Shown here piece by piece: positions 59,677 through 64,000 of a stretch of DNA of 64,000 nucleotides. Both the position numbers and the translations under genes were made by a program. How positions within the stretch are numbered: position 1 is the stretch's first letter; the number at the start of each line of letters is the position of its first letter. Origin of the DNA: Methanomassiliicoccaceae archaeon (GTDB lineage Archaea > Thermoplasmatota > Thermoplasmata > Methanomassiliicoccales > Methanomassiliicoccaceae); NCBI GenBank assembly GCA_040776945.1, contig JAXGZN010000002.1, positions 896,001-960,000 on the forward strand, read 5' to 3'. The notes below the pieces were generated by a model. It searched no databases and was not told where the DNA came from. It saw nothing but the letters and a program-made list of their open reading frames with translations.

Positions 59677-60360
59677 TCAGTCCTCGGCCTCCATCCTCTC
59701 CGCCGACTCGATGCACTTTGAGAGGATGGCATATGCCTGCATCATGTCGTCCTCGCTGACGATAAAGATGGTGTCCGTGAACACGCTCACCGATTCAAGG
59801 ACGTTTATCCCGCCGTCCGCGAGATTGTTCGCGAGGAACGCGAAAACGCCGCTGGTCTCGGCTATGCGCTCGGGCGACCTTACAGATATCTCCACCAGTC
59901 CCATGCGGATCTTGACCACGTTCTCCTGTCCCACCGCGCTCACGACCTCGTTCTTGAGCTTCTCGTCGGCGATGATGGTGATGGCATGGGTGCCCTGGAT
60001 GACCTGCATGATCGATTTGTCGTTGAACAGCTTCTTCAGGACCGATTCCAGACGGTGAAGGACCGTCCAGTCGTTCTTGGCCGTGATGATGGCGATCTTG
60101 GTCTTCAGCTCCAGGCGGGAGTTGCGGAGGACCCTCAGGATCTCCTTCTCGTGGTCCTGCCGTCCCAGTTTGACAGCGTAACGGCGGCAGGCGATCATGA
60201 CTGCCTCCTCGTTAGCGATGGAGAGGTCCCTCATGATCAGCCTGGCTAAGGACGAATAATTGATGAGGTCCTTGGAAATGCAGTCCTTTATGCTCGGATG
60301 GGCATCGATATAGGCGCGAGTGCGCTCGGCGATGCTCTCCCTAGGCATTTCCTTCTTCAT
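59677..60360 (-). CDS. Archaeal ACT-domain regulatory protein
   Basis: LINYSSLAR N-terminal HTH-like region; GVFAFL...GINV.E..S..TDT ACT motif. Confidence 0.88.
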   Translation of the reverse strand: MKKEMPRESIAERTRAYIDAHPSIKDCISKDLINYSSLARLIMRDLSIANEEAVMIACRRYAVKLGRQDHEKEILRVLRNSRLELKTKIAIITAKNDWTVLHRLESVLKKLFNDKSIMQVIQGTHAITIIADEKLKNEVVSAVGQENVVKIRMGLVEISVRSPERIAETSGVFAFLANNLADGGINVLESVSVFTDTIFIVSEDDMMQAYAILSKCIESAERMEAED

Positions 60361-60668
60361 GGAATCGAGCCAATAGCAGAGTAGACTATAATAATTTTGA
60401 GCGAGAAGGACCTTGAACATCACGGTACGCCCATATCTGCGAGCCCTAATGGAGGTTCGTTTCCAGGTTCCGTTCTTCCATGAGATACGCGAACACGCCG
60501 CTAGGCGCGTTTCCCTCCTCTTCGGATTTTTTTTATGTGAGGGGCGGACGGGAACGAACGTCTCACCGCCGATGGACCAGGCCCCTCTGGCCGCCAACTC
60601 CTGTCGTTATCATGTTCAAATATTCTGTGACTTAGATATATCTATAGCCTGGGTGGGTTGAAGGGGCC

Positions 60669-61097
60669 GTGAGCGTCAAGAGCATATTACTGGTAGAGGA
60701 CGATCTTGCCTTCGCCAGGTTCATGATAGGGTCATTTCGGGACGTGGACCCGGGCATCGAGCTTTTCCATGTAAATGGAGGTCACGCCGCGATCTCGGTA
60801 ATGAACGCCGGTTTCCGGCCTGGCCTGATCCTATGCGAGGAGCGCATGCCTGGCATGAGCGGCAGCGAACTCCTCCTGACCGTGCGGAGCGATCCGGACA
60901 TGGAGGCCGTTCCCTTCATAACCTTCACCTCCTCGTTCGCTGACGAAAACCCCGCAGCGGCCGGCAAGATGCCGATGGACATGAAGGTGCCCCGGCCTGC
61001 CAGTTACCGCGAGGCCTTGGCCTTCATCAAGAGGGTCCGCTTTGCAACGGCCCATGAGGTCCACGCTCCCGGCGAGGGGCAGGCGGCAGAGATCTGA
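60669..61097 (+). CDS. Atypical single-domain response regulator receiver
   Basis: ILLVEDD, MPGMSG, P.I.FTSS; phospho-acceptor position is Glu. Confidence 0.75.
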   Translation: MSVKSILLVEDDLAFARFMIGSFRDVDPGIELFHVNGGHAAISVMNAGFRPGLILCEERMPGMSGSELLLTVRSDPDMEAVPFITFTSSFADENPAAAGKMPMDMKVPRPASYREALAFIKRVRFATAHEVHAPGEGQAAEI

Positions 61098-61130
61098 ACA
61101 CGACTGGCCCAGATGGTTCGGGACCGCCGT

Positions 61131-61418
61131 TCACAGTTTGCCCGCAGGCATGAGCACATAGGCAATGAGCGCGGCGTGCAGCGCCAAGAAAGCGTACACC
61201 AGATAGAACCTTGCCTTCCTCGTCTTATGGCGGAAGGCGCGCATGGCCGTAGCGGCGCCGAACGGCGCGGCCAGGGCGAGGAGAAGGAGCGTTCTCTCCG
61301 GTATGCGGCGCCTTTTCCTTCTAGCCGCCCTCTTATCGATGTAGTATGCGACGAAGGAGGCCGAGTTCACCAGCAGATATGTCCAGCCGAGGATGGCAAG
61401 GGCAGAGGGCACGCCCAT
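61131..61418 (-). CDS. DUF1294 membrane protein
   Basis: DKRAA...RIPERTL...FRHKTRK. Confidence 0.9.
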   Translation of the reverse strand: MGVPSALAILGWTYLLVNSASFVAYYIDKRAARRKRRRIPERTLLLLALAAPFGAATAMRAFRHKTRKARFYLVYAFLALHAALIAYVLMPAGKL

Positions 61419-61419
61419 C

Positions 61420-62598
61420 TCACGCTTCCAAGAACCTCTTGAGGGTCGAGTTGAGCTCCCTCACCGACGGCTCGCTGACGATGAGCGGAGGGACCATGCG
61501 GACCACCCGCCCTCCGCAAACGTTGACCAGTATCCCGCTCTCGAGAGCGGCCTCCTGGAACCTCTTGGCCTCGTCGCCCATCTCCATTCCTATCATCAGC
61601 CCCCGGCCTCTCACGTCCTTAATAGCCCCACCGTGGACGGCCAACGATCTCAGTTCCTGGGACCACCTGCTGCCCAGCTCGGCGGACCGCTCCACCAGCT
61701 TGTCGCGCCTCATGACCTCTATGACCGTCCTGGCAACCGCTGCTGCCAGAGGGTTCCCGCCGAAGGTTGTGCCATGGCTCCCGGGCTTGAACGAGGCGGC
61801 GATCTCCGGGGTACTTAGCAAGGCCCCGATGGGCATGCCGTTACCCAGTGCTTTGGCCAGGGTAACGATGTCCGGGACTACGCCGTAGTGCTGGAAGCCG
61901 AACCATTTCCCAGTGCGGCCCATGCCGGTCTGCACCTCATCGACGATGAGCAGCGCGCCGCGCTCGTCGCAAAGGTCCCGGGCGGCGCGTATGAACTCCT
62001 CGCTCGCCGGGACCACTCCGCCCTCTCCCTGAATGGGCTCGAGGATCACCGCCGCGGTGTTCCTGGTGACTGCGGACTTGAGCTGCTCCGGGCTGTTGTA
62101 ATCGATGAAGTCGAACACCTTGGGCAGAAGCGGCTCGAACCCTGATTGATATTTTGGCTGCCCCGTGGCCGAAAGGGTGACCGACGTCCGGCCGTGGAAG
62201 GAGTTCTTCGTCGATACCACGCGGCCGCGTCCAGTGGCCTTCACCGCCAGCTTGAGGGCGCCCTCGTTCGCCTCGGCCCCGCTGTTGCAGAACAGCGCCT
62301 TCTCCAGGGGGGCGGGTGCCACTCCGGCCAGAGCCTCGGCGGCCAGGGCCTGCTCCCTCACCAGGTACAGGTTGGACACGTGCATCAGGCGCCCGGCCTG
62401 ACGGCATATGGTGCTGACGATATCGGGGTGCGAGTGGCCAAGCGAGTTCACCGCGATCCCGGCCACCAGGTCGATGTACCTCCGTCCGGATAGATCATAA
62501 AGGAACTCTTTCTCGCCGCGCTCGAAGCAAAGGTCCTGCCGTCCGTAGTTCTGGAACAGGAACCTGTGGTCCAGCTCCCTCACCTTGTCTATGTCCAT
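61420..62598 (-). CDS. argD: Acetylornithine aminotransferase
   Basis: GIAVNSLGH, NSGAEANE, HGTTFGGNP; follows argB. Confidence 0.92.
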   Translation of the reverse strand: MDIDKVRELDHRFLFQNYGRQDLCFERGEKEFLYDLSGRRYIDLVAGIAVNSLGHSHPDIVSTICRQAGRLMHVSNLYLVREQALAAEALAGVAPAPLEKALFCNSGAEANEGALKLAVKATGRGRVVSTKNSFHGRTSVTLSATGQPKYQSGFEPLLPKVFDFIDYNSPEQLKSAVTRNTAAVILEPIQGEGGVVPASEEFIRAARDLCDERGALLIVDEVQTGMGRTGKWFGFQHYGVVPDIVTLAKALGNGMPIGALLSTPEIAASFKPGSHGTTFGGNPLAAAVARTVIEVMRRDKLVERSAELGSRWSQELRSLAVHGGAIKDVRGRGLMIGMEMGDEAKRFQEAALESGILVNVCGGRVVRMVPPLIVSEPSVRELNSTLKRFLEA

Positions 62599-62601
62599 GG
62601 T

Positions 62602-63438
62602 TCAACCCGCCGTTATCTTTGTTCCGACGTCCTCCTCCCTCAGCAGTTTCCTGACCAGGGAGCGCGGCTCCTTTCCGTTCAGCATGTACACTGTCCTCGC
62701 TCCATTGAGCAGAGCGGTGCGGCATGCTTCCACCTTGGGGACCATCCCGCCTGTGATCGTACCGTCGGCGATGAGCTCGTCGATCCTTCTCAGCGTGATC
62801 GAGCGGACCACCTGTCCGTCCTTAAGGATCCCGGGAACGTCGGTGACCAGGACCATCTCCGGAGCCCCCGCGGCCCTGGCGACGTGGGCGGCCACCGTGT
62901 CGGCGTTGACGTTGTACCTGGTCCCGTCAGGGGATGCACAGATGGGATATATCACCGGGACCTTTCCTTCGGACATCAGGGCCTCCAAGCGCTTTGGGTC
63001 CACCCCCGACACGTCTCCGACACGTCCTAGGTCCACCGAGGTCTCCTTGCCGCCTTCGCCCGCGACCGTCACCGAAGGCATCTTCGACGCGATCACCGCG
63101 GCGTCGCAGCCGGACAGCCCCACCGCAGCAACGCCTTCGCGGGCGAGAGCGGAGACGATGCGGGAGTTGATCCGCGCGAGCACCTCGTCCGCCACCTCAA
63201 GCGCCGCGGCGTCGGTGACCCGTAGCCCGGAGATCTTCTCAACCCTGAGGCCGCGCCTTTCCATCTCCTCCGATATCTCCGGCCCGCCCCCATGCACCAG
63301 CACCGGGCGTATGCCTGCCGCTATCAGCGAGGCCAGGTCCTCGCCGAACCGCTCCAGGTCGCCCTCTCCGCTGAGGGCGTTGCCGCCGAACTTGATGAGC
63401 ACGCGGCGCTCCGGTCCTCGATTCGACACCATCAGCAT
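62602..63438 (-). CDS. argB: Acetylglutamate kinase
   Basis: IKFGG, VHGGGP, GLRVT, NVNAD, GGMVPK. Confidence 0.95.
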   Translation of the reverse strand: MLMVSNRGPERRVLIKFGGNALSGEGDLERFGEDLASLIAAGIRPVLVHGGGPEISEEMERRGLRVEKISGLRVTDAAALEVADEVLARINSRIVSALAREGVAAVGLSGCDAAVIASKMPSVTVAGEGGKETSVDLGRVGDVSGVDPKRLEALMSEGKVPVIYPICASPDGTRYNVNADTVAAHVARAAGAPEMVLVTDVPGILKDGQVVRSITLRRIDELIADGTITGGMVPKVEACRTALLNGARTVYMLNGKEPRSLVRKLLREEDVGTKITAG

Positions 63439-63440
63439 CC

Positions 63441-64000
63441 CTAGGTGGTGTACTCGGCGTTGATCTTCACGTACTCATAGGTGAGGTCGCAGCCCCATGC
63501 CTCGGCCTTGCCGTTCCCCACGCCGAGCTCGAGGTTCATGGATATGTTGTGGTCGGACAGCAGCTTGCGGGCCTTGACCTCGGTTTCCGAACACGGCTTC
63601 ACCTGGGGCACGCCGCCCTCGAAAAGGACGACCTCCTCTCCGTGGCTCCCGATGGTAAGTCGAAGCTTGTTGATGTCGAACTCGCTGCCCGAATTGCCGA
63701 GGGCCGCGAGCACCCGGCCGAAGTTGGGGTCGGCCCCGAATATGGCGGTCTTCACCAAGCTGGAGGATATGATCCACCGCCCGGCGGCCCGCGCCTCGCG
63801 GTCGTTCTTGGCCCCGGTGACCTTGAGCTCGATGAGCTTGGTAGCACCCTCGCCGTCCAGCACTACTTGCTTGGCGAGGGATTGAAGCACGTACAGCACG
63901 CCGCTCCAGTACTCCGGGTTATCATCGACCGGCTTGCCGCCGGCGGCGCCGTTGGCCATGAACACCGATATGTCGTTGGTGCTCTGGTCCCCGTCGACAT
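63441..64000 (-). CDS. argJ: Ornithine acetyltransferase ArgJ (3' part; continues beyond window)
   Basis: DGDQSTND, DGEGATK, SSLVKTAIFGADPN, CDLTYEYVKINAEYTT. Confidence 0.95.
   Translation of the reverse strand, partial: VDGDQSTNDISVFMANGAAGGKPVDDNPEYWSGVLYVLQSLAKQVVLDGEGATKLIELKVTGAKNDREARAAGRWIISSSLVKTAIFGADPNFGRVLAALGNSGSEFDINKLRLTIGSHGEEVVLFEGGVPQVKPCSETEVKARKLLSDHNISMNLELGVGNGKAEAWGCDLTYEYVKINAEYTT

Overview
This is a gene-dense, GC-rich (roughly 60% by eye) archaeal chromosomal segment. The gene set (rpl40e, RFC, ABCE1, archaeal RibC/RibL, hypA/hypD, DUF835 receiver, DUF1638, folate-type FolC/GlyA, bacterial-type MetK, ArgJ/B/D) best fits a Methanomassiliicoccales/Thermoplasmatota methanogen; the taxon is inferred. 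I call 66 CDS, two tRNAs (Arg-CCT, Thr-TGT) and no rRNA, CRISPR array or intact mobile element. The best leads are: (1) an XRE-HTH/CBS regulator divergent from a bacterial-type metK, with a perfect 8-5-8 palindrome at the shared promoter (candidate SAM-sensing regulon); (2) a second CobQ lacking its glutaminase domain, coupled to the full CobQ; (3) a MetRS with a tandem, degenerate second tRNA-binding domain; (4) an ftsZ-adjacent HEAT-like protein with an amphipathic N-terminus, divergent from a Roadblock gene; (5) heavy TAG stop usage (18 of 66) with three CTAG-overlapped convergent pairs and an in-frame TAG-ATG pncB/osmC junction, relevant to pyrrolysine decoding; (6) a degenerate AbiV-like HEPN gene; (7) two probable non-canonical (ATT, ACG) starts. 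All family assignments come from motif recognition, not database searches.
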